A DNA stretch of 64,000 bases from Minisyncoccota bacterium (GTDB lineage Bacteria; Patescibacteriota; Minisyncoccia; Phycocordibacterales; UBA2100): the NCBI GenBank assembly GCA_965267345.1, contig OZ253947.1, positions 138,814-202,813 of the forward strand, given 5' to 3'. Both the position numbers and the translations under genes were made by a program. Under the pieces are notes generated by a model. That model made no database searches. It was not told where the DNA came from and saw only the letters and a program-made list of their open reading frames with translations. Shown here in pieces: positions 27,704 to 38,116 of the stretch (positions are counted from its first letter, which is position 1; each line of letters begins with the position of its first letter).

Positions 27704-29458
27704 TTAGATCGCGGTTTCTTCTGCGAGTCGCTTGAGAAATTCCTCCAGTGTCAGTGCGCCTACCTTTTCATCGCGATGCTCAACCATAAGCGTCTGCGCC
27801 GATACTTCTGTGTCGCCTACGACGAGAATGTAGGGGACTTTCGCTACCTTTGCGTTACGTATGCGCTTACCGAGTGTCTCTGCTGATGTGTCACATGAAG
27901 CGCGATATCCTGCACCGGTGAGTTGTGTTGTAACATCATGTGCGTACGGAGCATGCGTGTCGGCAACGGGGATCACCCGTACCTGTTCCGGTGCCAACCA
28001 CGTCGGGAATGCACCCGCAAAGTGCTCAATGATGACCGACAAGAAGCGTTCAAGCGAGCCGGCGACGGCACGGTGGATCATAACGGGACGCTCTTTCTCA
28101 CCTGATTCGTTTACGTACTCGAGTTCAAAGCGTTCAGGCATGACAAAGTCGAGTTGAATGGTGGCGAGCTGCCACTCACGACCGATGGCGTCCTTAAACA
28201 TAAAGTCGACTTTGGGACCGTAGAACGCCGCTTCGCCTTCAACGCGGGTGTAGGGGAGCGACTCGCTCTGCACGACCTCTTCGAGAATCGTTTCAGCTTC
28301 ACGCCATGCGTCGTCACTGCCAAGGTATTTCTCAGGCTCTTCCGGATCGCGTACTGAAACTGAGACCCAGTAGTTACCTTCATCAAACATGCCCAGCGAG
28401 GTGTAGAACGTGCGGATAACCGACGCAATATTGCTGATCTCCTCGCGGATCTGATCGGGGCGGGCAAAGACGTGCCCGTCGTCTTGGGTGATACTGCGCA
28501 CGCGTGACAGCCCCAACAACTCACCTGCCTGTTCGTCACGGTAGACCATCGTGGTTTCCGAGTAGCGAATGGGAAGGTCTTTGTAGCTACGCTGTTTGCC
28601 TGCGTAGATCTGCGTGTGGTGCGGGCAGTTCATCGGCTTCATCACGAATTCCGCCGCGCTCTGGCCGGTGACCTTGAACAGCTCGTCGCCAAATTTCTCC
28701 CAGTGTCCCGATGTTTCGTAGAGTTCTTTTTTGGTGATGTGCGGAATGGTGACGGGCTCAAACCCGAAGCGCTGCTGAATTGTCTGAATACGCTGTGTAA
28801 TGAGGTCGCGCAGGAGCGTGCCGCGCGGTGTCCAGAGCGGCAGTCCGGGTCCCACGAGATCAGAAAAGGTAAAGAGGTCCATTTCCTTACCGATCTTACG
28901 GTGGTCTCGTTTACGCGCTTCTTCAAGCAAGGTGAGGTGCTCTTGCAGTGCGTCAGGCGTATCAAACGCGAGTCCGTAGATGCGCGTGAGCATCTGGTTT
29001 TTCTCGTCACCGCGCCAGTAGGCGCCGGCAATACTCGTGAGCATAAATGCCTTGGGGTCAATGGTCTCGGCAGGATTTTCAGCATGTCCGCCGCGGCACA
29101 AATCGGTGAATTCACCGCAGGTGTAGAGCGTTATCTCAGCGTCACCTTTTTCCAGCTCATCAATCAACTCCTGCTTATACGGATTCTCGGCAAAACGCTC
29201 GCGGGCGTCATCAGGGGTGACGACCGCTCGTTCCCACGCAGTCCAGCGTGAGAGATTTTTACGCATGGCCGTCTGGAGTGCTTTGAGGTCACCTTCACTC
29301 GGCGTGTCACCACCGGAAAAGTCGAAGTCGTAGTAGAAGCCCGTACTCGTCGCCGGTCCGATGGTTGGTTTCGCGTGCGGGTACGCGTTGCACACTGCCT
29401 GCGCGAGGAGGTGCGCCAGTGTGTGGCGCATGTGCATCAGTTGTTCATCGGGTTCCAT
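27704..29458 (-). CDS. thrS: Threonine-tRNA ligase (no N-terminal TGS domain)
   Basis: RHTLAHLLA, DLCRGGH, RDHRKIG, KPMNCP, AFYGPK, IHRA. Confidence 0.98.
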   Translation of the reverse strand: MEPDEQLMHMRHTLAHLLAQAVCNAYPHAKPTIGPATSTGFYYDFDFSGGDTPSEGDLKALQTAMRKNLSRWTAWERAVVTPDDARERFAENPYKQELIDELEKGDAEITLYTCGEFTDLCRGGHAENPAETIDPKAFMLTSIAGAYWRGDEKNQMLTRIYGLAFDTPDALQEHLTLLEEARKRDHRKIGKEMDLFTFSDLVGPGLPLWTPRGTLLRDLITQRIQTIQQRFGFEPVTIPHITKKELYETSGHWEKFGDELFKVTGQSAAEFVMKPMNCPHHTQIYAGKQRSYKDLPIRYSETTMVYRDEQAGELLGLSRVRSITQDDGHVFARPDQIREEISNIASVIRTFYTSLGMFDEGNYWVSVSVRDPEEPEKYLGSDDAWREAETILEEVVQSESLPYTRVEGEAAFYGPKVDFMFKDAIGREWQLATIQLDFVMPERFELEYVNESGEKERPVMIHRAVAGSLERFLSVIIEHFAGAFPTWLAPEQVRVIPVADTHAPYAHDVTTQLTGAGYRASCDTSAETLGKRIRNAKVAKVPYILVVGDTEVSAQTLMVEHRDEKVGALTLEEFLKRLAEETAI

Positions 29459-29488
29459 TGCAGAGAATATAGCATAGATACAGCGATC

Positions 29489-32400
29489 CTACAGCGCTTT
29501 TACTGCCTCAATGACAAAACTGCTCTCGTCATTTCGCATGGAAATACGCCCTTTGAGCAGAATACAGCGATCGCCTTCAAGCAGTTCTGCGTACTCTTTC
29601 AGCACACGCGGAAAGGCCACGGCTTCAATTGAGTCGTTAAAGTCAGCGACACGCAAAAAAGCCATTTTGTCACCGTTTTTTGTCAGAATCGTTTTATATT
29701 CAGCGATGATACCTGCAATAACCGTTGCCGTGCCGTGGCGATGCTTTACCTTAACGTTCGCGATGTCAGGTTTTCCTTTGAGTTTGTCGGTATGGGCATC
29801 AAGCGGGTGGCCGGAAACGTAGAGCCCGAGCAGTTCTTTTTCCCATCGCAGGCGCTGCTCCATACTCACGTCTTCGGCCTCGTCGAGCTGCAGGGCAGTA
29901 GTTGTTTCAAGCGCACCAAATAGCGAGTCCTGTCCCTCGGGTCGCTTGGCAATTTCGCGTTGAAACTCTAAGAGCGTTTCAATGTTTGCCAGCAGTACGC
30001 CGCGTGAGCCAAAACGGTCGAGTGCGCCGCTTTGGATCAGCGACTCCAATCCGCGGCGGTTCATGTTGGCGCCACGTACACGCTCAAGGAAGTCTTCAAT
30101 ACTTTGGTAGTGGCCACGCGCTTTTCGTTCCGCAACAATGGCGTGTGCGGTGTTGCGCCCGAAGTTTTTTATCGAGTTTAGACCAAAGCGAATTTGTGGT
30201 GCTCCCGCCACCACGGCGAATTCTTCGTAACTCTCGTTGACGTCCGGCGGCAGAATTTCAATATCCATCGCGCGACACTCTTCAATAATTTCGGCAATTT
30301 TATCAACGTCACCCGAGTCGGCAGTAAGGAGTGCCGACATAAATTCGAGCGGATAGTTTGCTTTCATGTAGGCGGTTTTGTAGGCCAAGTTTCCGTAACT
30401 GGCAGCGTGTGCTTTGTTGAACCCGTATGCCGCAAACGTTTCAATCTGCTCCCAGAGTGCTTTCACCTGTGCGTCGGTCATGCCGTATTCCAAACAGCCC
30501 GCAATGAAGCGCTCTTTCTGCGCCGCCATTTCCTCAGGAATCTTTTTTCCGATGGCCTTGCGGAATTTGTCGGCCTCGAGCCATGAGTAGTTCGCGAACT
30601 TAATGGCAATCATCAACACGTCGTCTTGATAGGTAATAATGCCAAACGATTTATTCAAAATCGGCTCCATGTCGGGATGCAGGTAGCTCACTCGTGATGG
30701 ATCGTGTTTGCGTTCGATGTACGCGGGAATGAACTCCATCGGGCCGGGGCGATAGAGCGCGACCATGGCGTTAATGTCGTGAATGGTGGTGGGCTTCAGC
30801 TCAACAAGGTAGCGCGTCATGCCGGCGCCTGCCATTTGAAAGACACCCATGGTACGTCCGGCCGAGAGCATCGCAAATGTTTTTTCATCGTCGAGGGGAA
30901 TGTCATCGACATCAATCGCAATATCGTGAATTTTCTGCACCCGCTTAATGGAATCACCCAGCACGGCGAGGTTCTTGAGTCCGAGAAAGTCGAATTTGAG
31001 CAAGCCGGCATCTTCCACGGCGTGCATGTCGTACTGCGTTACGAGTTTGCCGCCCTTCGGATCGTATTGGATCGGGGTGAACTCAACGACAGGGCGCGGC
31101 GCAATTACGACACCGGCGGCGTGCACACCCATGTGACGCGCATTTCCTTCAATTTTCTTTGCTAAGTCAATGATCTCGCGTGTATCAGCGTCGTTTGTGT
31201 ACGCCTCTTTGAGTTCGGGCTCCATGCTCAGCGCACGATCAATGGTCATGGGGAATCCCTGTGCCCCCATCGGAATGAGCTTGGCGATGCGGTCACCTAC
31301 ATTGTACGAGTGTCCAAGAGCGCGTGCGACATCGCGTACCACAGCACGTGCCATCATTGTCCCGAAGGTGCCAATTTGTGCAACGTGATCAGTACCGTAT
31401 TTTTGTCGCGCGTACTCAATGAGATCGTCGCGGCGGTTGTCGGCGAGGTCCATATCAATATCAGGCGGTGACGGTCGCTCAGGGTTGAGGAAACGCTCAA
31501 AGGGAAGGTCGTAGGCAAGCGGGTCGACGGTCGTGATGCCCGTCAGATATGACACGAGTGAACCGGCGGCCGAGCCTCGCGTGTTCGTCAAAATACCGAC
31601 GCTGGTTGCGTGCTGGAGCAGGTCTGACACGACGAGAAAGTAGGGCGAGTAGCCTTTCTTCTGAATAATACCCAGTTCATATTCAATACGCTCTTTCACC
31701 GCATCCGTGAGCTCCATGTCGCGCTCCTTCAGACCGGCATACGCCGCGTCGCGCAGCATGGCGTCGTAGTCTTTGCCGTCGGTCTTTGGGTAGTCGGGGA
31801 AGACCCACTCGCCCAAGGTGAGCTCAACCGTACACGCATCGGCAATGCGCTGTGTGTTCTCAAGCGCTTCAGGATATTTCTTGAAAAAGGTAGCCGCCTG
31901 CTTTTTGGTGATAAACGAAAAGTCGTCCGTGTGGTCCGCCTCATCACCAAGTAGCGGGGTGCCGCTTTGGATTTTGCGTACGAGCTCGCGAGCGATGTTG
32001 TCGCTCTTGTTGAGGTAGTACACATCGTGTGCCGCAACGAGCGGCACGTCGTGTTCGCGCGCAAGTGCCACAATGCGTTCCTGTAGTTCACTGTGTCCCG
32101 CAATTTCAGGATGATGGGTGAGTTCGAGGTAGAGATTGTCACCGAATACGTCGCGATACCACGTCAGCACTTCGGCAGCTTTTTCAGTGTCATTGTCTTT
32201 GAGTGCTTTTGCAGTCGGCGCGGCAAATGACGGGAGGATCGCGATGAGATCGGCGCTATACTCCTGAATGAGTTCGGCATCAATGCGTGGACGGTAGTAA
32301 AAGCCCTCAAGGTAGGCGATACTCACGAGCTTCATGAGATTGTCGTAGCCGTTTTTATTTTTCGCCAGTAGTACAAGACGCGATGTATAGTTGTCGATAC

Positions 32401-32644
32401 GGTGCTCTTTATCGTGACGGGTGCGTGGTGCGACAAAAAAATCAACGCCAATAATTGGCTTGATGTCAGCTTTCTTGCATGCGGTATAGAATTCAATGGC
32501 GCCGTAGAGGTTGCCGTCGTCAGTGAGCGCTAGTGCGCGCTGTCCATCATTGGCAGCAGCAGCAACCAGATCAGGAATTTTCGGGATCGCATTCAGTAGA
32601 GAAAAGTGGCTGTGCGTGTGAAGATGGACGAAGTCGGCACTCAT
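29489..32644 (-). CDS. dnaE: DNA polymerase III alpha subunit
   Basis: FVHLHTHS PHP domain, RGSAAGS, PPDIDMD, YGFNKAHA. Confidence 0.98.
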   Translation of the reverse strand: MSADFVHLHTHSHFSLLNAIPKIPDLVAAAANDGQRALALTDDGNLYGAIEFYTACKKADIKPIIGVDFFVAPRTRHDKEHRIDNYTSRLVLLAKNKNGYDNLMKLVSIAYLEGFYYRPRIDAELIQEYSADLIAILPSFAAPTAKALKDNDTEKAAEVLTWYRDVFGDNLYLELTHHPEIAGHSELQERIVALAREHDVPLVAAHDVYYLNKSDNIARELVRKIQSGTPLLGDEADHTDDFSFITKKQAATFFKKYPEALENTQRIADACTVELTLGEWVFPDYPKTDGKDYDAMLRDAAYAGLKERDMELTDAVKERIEYELGIIQKKGYSPYFLVVSDLLQHATSVGILTNTRGSAAGSLVSYLTGITTVDPLAYDLPFERFLNPERPSPPDIDMDLADNRRDDLIEYARQKYGTDHVAQIGTFGTMMARAVVRDVARALGHSYNVGDRIAKLIPMGAQGFPMTIDRALSMEPELKEAYTNDADTREIIDLAKKIEGNARHMGVHAAGVVIAPRPVVEFTPIQYDPKGGKLVTQYDMHAVEDAGLLKFDFLGLKNLAVLGDSIKRVQKIHDIAIDVDDIPLDDEKTFAMLSAGRTMGVFQMAGAGMTRYLVELKPTTIHDINAMVALYRPGPMEFIPAYIERKHDPSRVSYLHPDMEPILNKSFGIITYQDDVLMIAIKFANYSWLEADKFRKAIGKKIPEEMAAQKERFIAGCLEYGMTDAQVKALWEQIETFAAYGFNKAHAASYGNLAYKTAYMKANYPLEFMSALLTADSGDVDKIAEIIEECRAMDIEILPPDVNESYEEFAVVAGAPQIRFGLNSIKNFGRNTAHAIVAERKARGHYQSIEDFLERVRGANMNRRGLESLIQSGALDRFGSRGVLLANIETLLEFQREIAKRPEGQDSLFGALETTTALQLDEAEDVSMEQRLRWEKELLGLYVSGHPLDAHTDKLKGKPDIANVKVKHRHGTATVIAGIIAEYKTILTKNGDKMAFLRVADFNDSIEAVAFPRVLKEYAELLEGDRCILLKGRISMRNDESSFVIEAVKAL

Positions 32645-32744
32645 AGCACTCTCAGTATAGCAGAGACCACTGCGGCAACCGCATCGAGAAAATAGTTCAC
32701 AGATGTGTCAATTTGACTACTCAGTGCGGTGGTATACTAAGAGT

Positions 32745-33344
32745 GTGAAAGTGCGCTATATTGTCGGCATTGACGAGGCAGGGCGAGGGCCGCTCGCCGG
32801 ACCGCTGGCAGTTGGCGCCGTCTGCGCCCCCGCCGCATTTACCGTCGACCACGCGTTTTTTGAGAAAGGGATTCGCGACTCCAAAAAACTCACGATGGGG
32901 AAGCGCGAAGAGCTCTTCGGCTGGATCCGACACCACGACGAGCTGCGCCACGTTGTGTCGATGGTTGGTCCGCGCGTTGTTGATCGCGACGGCATCACCG
33001 CGGCAACGAATATCGCTATCATGCGCGCATTGCGTCGCGTGCTCCCTGAGGGGGTTACCGAGCGCGAGGTGCTCATTCTGCTTGACGGCGGCCTGCGGGC
33101 ACCACGCGCCTACCCGCAACAAGCAACGATCATTAAAGGTGATGAGCAGGAACCCCTCATCGCACTGGCATCTGTGGTGGCAAAGGTTTCTCGTGATGCA
33201 AAAATGCGCGCGCTTGCAGCACAATTTCCTGACTACGGGTTCGACGGCCACAAGGGCTATGGCACCAAGGAGCACATTAAGGCCATCAAAGCCTTTGGTA
33301 TGTGTAACTCCCACCGCCGCAGTTTTTTGACACGCTTTGCATAA
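32745..33344 (+). CDS. rnhB: Ribonuclease HII
   Basis: GIDEAGRGPLAGP, DSKKL, KGD, HKGYGT, HRRSF; GTG start. Confidence 0.96.
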   Translation: MKVRYIVGIDEAGRGPLAGPLAVGAVCAPAAFTVDHAFFEKGIRDSKKLTMGKREELFGWIRHHDELRHVVSMVGPRVVDRDGITAATNIAIMRALRRVLPEGVTEREVLILLDGGLRAPRAYPQQATIIKGDEQEPLIALASVVAKVSRDAKMRALAAQFPDYGFDGHKGYGTKEHIKAIKAFGMCNSHRRSFLTRFA

Positions 33345-33390
33345 CGTTGTACAGTGCAGCTACGCCAATTTCAGAGGCCAAGGAGGAATC

Positions 33391-33645
33391 GTGGCTGATA
33401 AAGGAAATGACGCAGAAACCGTTCTTACGGCTGAACGCCTTCGCAAGGTGCTAGACCGCGGCGTTCCTGAGCTGATTGCGAGTCAGTGCGTATGTTGCCC
33501 TTTTTGCCGCCATAAATCGGCGGGTCAGGTATGCAACATGTGCGAGGAGGATGATCATTTCGAGCCTCTTTCGGGACTTGATCCCGACAGCGATGAGTTC
33601 AAGAATCGCATGGATGCACACCTCAAAAAGGTGCATAGCCAATAA
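33391..33645 (+). CDS. Small hypothetical protein with Cys cluster (possible Zn ribbon)
   Basis: SD AAGGAGG before GTG; CVCCPFC...CNMC. Confidence 0.55.
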   Translation: MADKGNDAETVLTAERLRKVLDRGVPELIASQCVCCPFCRHKSAGQVCNMCEEDDHFEPLSGLDPDSDEFKNRMDAHLKKVHSQ

Positions 33646-33760
33646 GACAATCTCTGCGACTAACATGGCGTACGGGCGCATTGCTGCAAAGCGATGCGCC
33701 CGTAGTTATATCTGCAAAAAACCATTGCTATTTACCAAATTTTACGTATAATCTCACACC

Positions 33761-34048
33761 ATGTCAGTACGAATGCGCGTCACGCGCTCACATACCGGCA
33801 ATCGCCGTAGCCACCACGCGCTCAAGGAGCCGCGTCTTTCAAAGTGCGCCAACTGCAGCGCTGAGCACTTGCGCCACCGCATGTGCCCTGAGTGTGGCCA
33901 CTACCGCGGCAAGCAGGTTGTTGACGTTGTTGCACAGCGCGAGAAGCGCATGCAGCGTCGCGAAGAGCGACTCAAAGAAAGTGGCGCCGCAGCAACTGAA
34001 GACGAAGCAGAAGCTGAAGCACAAGAAGAAGAGGATGCAAAAAAGTAA
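33761..34048 (+). CDS. rpmF: 50S ribosomal protein L32 with acidic tail
   Basis: RRSHHAL, CANC..H.RHRMCPECGHYRG. Confidence 0.95.
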   Translation: MSVRMRVTRSHTGNRRSHHALKEPRLSKCANCSAEHLRHRMCPECGHYRGKQVVDVVAQREKRMQRREERLKESGAAATEDEAEAEAQEEEDAKK

Positions 34049-34137
34049 CCACAAACGTACGTAGCGCAAGACGCCGGAAATACACAGTATGCACTTCCGG
34101 CGTATTTTAATGTGCTACAGTATAGTCACGTTGTACC

Positions 34138-35043
34138 ATGTCAAATCGGCACACCGCACGTTCGATTGTTCTTCAGACACTCTTCGAGCTTGACTCGGAG
34201 GGTGGCGATGTTTCTCGTGCCGATGACACACTCGTAGCCAATGCGCAGGAGTTTGCGCCAAATGCACAATCACTGTTTCCGTTCATGAAGCAGCTGATGG
34301 AGACGGCGCTGGCAAAGCGTGGCGAAATCGACACGATTATCACCAAGGCCGCTCCTGAGTGGCCGCTTGAGCGTATTGCGGTCATGGATCGTAATATTCT
34401 GCGTATTGGTCTCACCGAGCTCCTTTTTGGTGACCGCGAGCAGGTACCGCCTAAGGTTGCCATTAACGAGGCGATTGAGTTGGCAAAAGAGTTCGGTGGT
34501 GAATCAAGCGGACGCTTCGTCAACGGCGTACTCGGTGCCGTCTACAAGGAAATCGGTGAGCCGGGAAAAGAAGAGACAGGAAAGAAAAAACTTCTTGAAG
34601 ATGAGACGCTGGCAACCGAAGAGGTCATTGGCGCCGTTGTCTATGCAGAGGAAGACGGCGAACTCTACGTTGCCCTCGTGCACGATGTATTTGGCCACTG
34701 GACGCTACCGAAAGGTAAGCTCAAAGACAGTGAAGACCCACACGACGGGGTGGTGCGGAAAATTAAAGAAGAGATCGGCCTTGCGGTCACCGTTGAGCAT
34801 GAGTTGGGCGAGAATACCTACATTGCCAGTAATCCTGACGAGGGGCGCAAAAAACGCCACGGACGCTATTACCTCGCGAAAGCGCCATTTAATGAGCTAC
34901 AACTCAAAGGCGAGGGCGGACTTGATGACGCACAGTGGTTTAAATTAGCTAACATTGTCGAACTCAACTTCTACGACGATATTTTGCCCGTCATTACGCG
35001 AGCAGTTAACGTACTCGCGCAACCACGCACACCACAGGAGTAA
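34138..35043 (+). CDS. nusB: Transcription antitermination factor NusB fused to a C-terminal NUDIX domain
   Basis: DRNILR, VAINEAIELAKEFG, FVNGVL; then WTLPKG and a Nudix-like box. Confidence 0.92.
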   Translation: MSNRHTARSIVLQTLFELDSEGGDVSRADDTLVANAQEFAPNAQSLFPFMKQLMETALAKRGEIDTIITKAAPEWPLERIAVMDRNILRIGLTELLFGDREQVPPKVAINEAIELAKEFGGESSGRFVNGVLGAVYKEIGEPGKEETGKKKLLEDETLATEEVIGAVVYAEEDGELYVALVHDVFGHWTLPKGKLKDSEDPHDGVVRKIKEEIGLAVTVEHELGENTYIASNPDEGRKKRHGRYYLAKAPFNELQLKGEGGLDDAQWFKLANIVELNFYDDILPVITRAVNVLAQPRTPQE

Positions 35044-35083
35044 TTATTCGTGTATACCAACACACGACACGACAACGAAACCT

Positions 35084-35773
35084 ATGATTGACTTTACCCC
35101 ATTTGAAACACGCATTGGCGTGACGTTTCAGGACAAGACGCTGTTACAGACAGCGTTTACGCACCGTTCATACGTCAACGAAAATCGTGCAACAGTGAAG
35201 GAGCACAACGAGCGCCTTGAGTTTCTCGGTGACGCAGTGCTCGAGCTGGTCATTACTGACTTTCTCTATAAGAAATACCCCGAGCGCCCCGAGGGTGAAC
35301 TCACGGCGTTCCGTGCCGCGCTGGTAAATACCCAGAGTATTTCTGAAGCGGCGAGCGAGCTGGGTATGAATGACTATCTGCTCCTCTCACGTGGTGAGGC
35401 AAAAGACACGGGACGCGCGCGGCAGTACATACTCGCAAATACATTTGAGGCACTGATCGGCGCGCTGTACTTAGATCAGGGTTACGATGCTGCACACGCA
35501 TTCATTCGCAGCACGCTGTTTGATAAAATCGAGACTATTGTTGCCGAGCGACTCTGGCAAGATGCAAAAAGCTATTTTCAGGAAAAAGCGCAAGAAACGT
35601 ATTCCGCAACTCCGTCGTACGAACTCGTGGATGAAGTTGGGCCCGATCACGATAAGAAGTTCGTTGCCGCAGCGCTGATTAATGATGAACGCATCGCCAC
35701 CGGCGAAGGGCGCTCAAAACAAGAGGCTGAGCAAGAAGCGGCGCGTAAGGCACTCGAAGTTAAGGGGTGGTAG
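35084..35773 (+). CDS. rnc: Ribonuclease III
   Basis: HNERLEFLGDAVL, dsRBD GPDH...SKQEAEQEAA. Confidence 0.98.
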   Translation: MIDFTPFETRIGVTFQDKTLLQTAFTHRSYVNENRATVKEHNERLEFLGDAVLELVITDFLYKKYPERPEGELTAFRAALVNTQSISEAASELGMNDYLLLSRGEAKDTGRARQYILANTFEALIGALYLDQGYDAAHAFIRSTLFDKIETIVAERLWQDAKSYFQEKAQETYSATPSYELVDEVGPDHDKKFVAAALINDERIATGEGRSKQEAEQEAARKALEVKGW

Positions 35774-35944
35774 CCAGTACTTGGGGCATCGGATGTCCTA
35801 AGTGTTCGCGGGCGATATTGAGTTTTAAATCACTCTTGTGACGTCATAAGCACGGCGCATACACCACTACTATAGTTAACTATAGTAGTCGTTGTCCTGC
35901 AGTGTGCTACTACGACCACAGCGGGGGTTTGGTATACTTTGCAC

Positions 35945-38116
35945 ATGCATCTCAAGCGCATAGAGCTGTCAGGATTTAAGTCATTTGCGAAAAAAGGTGC
36001 GCTTGAATTTACGTCACCCATTGCCGCTATTGTGGGGCCGAACGGCTCAGGCAAGTCAAATACTGCAGAAGCATTTCGCTTCGTACTCGGTGAGCAGTCA
36101 ATGAAGGCCATGCGCGGCAAGCGCGGTCCCGATTTAATCTGGTCGGGGAATGAGCGCACGCCACGGGCAAACCGTGCGCGGGTGACGGTGGTGTTCAACA
36201 ATACCGACCGCTTTTTAGATATTGATTTCGAAGAAGTGGCGATTGAGCGTAGCGTGTATCGTGATGGTGCCAATGAGTACACGATCAACGGAAGCAAGGT
36301 TCGCTTGAAAGATGTTGCCGCACTCCTTGCCGGCGCAAATATCGGCGGCTCAGGGCATCACATTATTTCACAAGGAGAAGCTGACCGTATTCTCGGTGCC
36401 TCGCCGCGCGAACGCCGCGACATGATCGAAGACGCACTCGGCCTTAAAACGTATCAGTACAAAAAGGTCGAAAGCGAAAAGAAGCTTGAAAAAACGATTG
36501 AAAACGTCAAAGACGCCAAGGGGCTGCGACGGGAGATTGCGCCGCACCTTGCCTTTTTGCAACGACAAATGGAAAAGCGCGAACGGGCGCAACAGCTTAC
36601 TCACGAACTTGCCGAACACTACGCTGTGTACTGCGCTACTGAGGCCGCGCGTCTTGATGCTGAGGAGCAGCGCATACGCGAAGCACGCACGCAGCCGACC
36701 GATGCACTTGCGGCCATTGAGCGTGCGCTCAAACAGCTCCAGACGCAGCACACCACAGCAACACAGGCAGAGCAGACGAAACCCCTAAAAGACATTGAGA
36801 CACGCCGCCACCAACTGATGGAGGAAACTGCGTCACTGGAACGTGCACGCGGGCGCATTGAAGGACAGATTGCGCTCGTTGAAAAGAATACGCGCGCGGC
36901 GTCAGGCGAGTCGCATGTGGCGTTTGGTACAGTACGCACGGAATTGGATCACATCAAACAGACGCTCACCCGCGTTGCAGAAACCGGCAATACCGATGAA
37001 CTCAATGCGGTTATCACCCGCATCGACGCATTTTTGCAGACACATGCTGACGATACGACTGGCGCCGCACACGACACTGAGGCACTGGCGCAGGAACTGC
37101 GCGACGAACGACACGCAATTGAAGCCTCATTGCAGAAAGTGGCTGAACAGAGTGCGACGCTCGAGAATGAGTACACGGCACTCATGCAGACGATTGAGCA
37201 GGAGCGTGCGCAAGAGCGCGAAGCGCAGAAAGAACTCTATGAGTATCGTGAACAAAAACGTGAACGTGAACGCGAACTCGAAGCACTTGACCGCGAACAC
37301 GCGCAACTCACCCAAGAGCGCAATGAGTTGGCGGCGGTACTTGAAGACGCGCGCCGCGTGTGCGATGAGAGCTCGCTCGCCGGCGCACCTGCACACGAGG
37401 CGGCAACGCGGACGCAGCAGCGTGAGCGTTTGCGCGAGATCGAACGTATTACAGTGCGCCTTGATGAGGCAGGTGTGGTTGATGAAGATACAGTGAAAGA
37501 GTTTGATGAAACACAAAAGCGTGATGCCTTTCTTGAGCGTGAAATTGCCGATCTGGAACAGTCGCGACAGCAGCTCCTCGATATCATTGCGCAACTCGAG
37601 AGTGAGATTGCGACACGATTCACTCATGGTCTCGAAAAAATTAATGGCGAATTTCAGACGTTCTTTGCGATGCTCTTTGATGGCGGCAAGGCAAAGCTGC
37701 ACATAGTCAAGAAAGAGCGTGCAACTGACGAGGAGGGTGACGATGATGCCGACGAGGGGAAAGAGGGTATTGATATTCAGGTGCAGTTGCCGCGTAAGAA
37801 AATCACCACACTTGATGTCCTTTCAGGTGGTGAGCGCGCACTAACGTCAATTGCACTGATTTTTGCGATGTCACAGGTTAATCCACCGCCATTTATCATT
37901 CTCGACGAAACAGATGCAGCGCTCGATGAGGCGAACTCGCGTAAGTACGCCGATATGGTGCGGACTCTCTCGAAGCACAGTCAGCTCATTTTAATTACGC
38001 ACAACCGCCAAACCATGGAAGCTGCCGGTGAACTCTACGGGGTCACCATGGGGAGCGACGGGATCTCAAAACTGCTCTCAGTAAAATTTGACGAAGCAGT
38101 CCAAGTGGCTAAGTAG
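35945..38116 (+). CDS. smc: SMC-family ATPase, short (about 723 aa)
   Basis: GFKSFA, GPNGSGKSN, IISQG, LSGGE, ILDETDAALD, ITH; located after rnc. Confidence 0.88.
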   Translation: MHLKRIELSGFKSFAKKGALEFTSPIAAIVGPNGSGKSNTAEAFRFVLGEQSMKAMRGKRGPDLIWSGNERTPRANRARVTVVFNNTDRFLDIDFEEVAIERSVYRDGANEYTINGSKVRLKDVAALLAGANIGGSGHHIISQGEADRILGASPRERRDMIEDALGLKTYQYKKVESEKKLEKTIENVKDAKGLRREIAPHLAFLQRQMEKRERAQQLTHELAEHYAVYCATEAARLDAEEQRIREARTQPTDALAAIERALKQLQTQHTTATQAEQTKPLKDIETRRHQLMEETASLERARGRIEGQIALVEKNTRAASGESHVAFGTVRTELDHIKQTLTRVAETGNTDELNAVITRIDAFLQTHADDTTGAAHDTEALAQELRDERHAIEASLQKVAEQSATLENEYTALMQTIEQERAQEREAQKELYEYREQKRERERELEALDREHAQLTQERNELAAVLEDARRVCDESSLAGAPAHEAATRTQQRERLREIERITVRLDEAGVVDEDTVKEFDETQKRDAFLEREIADLEQSRQQLLDIIAQLESEIATRFTHGLEKINGEFQTFFAMLFDGGKAKLHIVKKERATDEEGDDDADEGKEGIDIQVQLPRKKITTLDVLSGGERALTSIALIFAMSQVNPPPFIILDETDAALDEANSRKYADMVRTLSKHSQLILITHNRQTMEAAGELYGVTMGSDGISKLLSVKFDEAVQVAK

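Noticed and set aside
35774-35944. parS or dif site near smc
   Set aside because: The palindrome does not match TGTTTCACGTGAAACA or XerC/D dif consensus sequences
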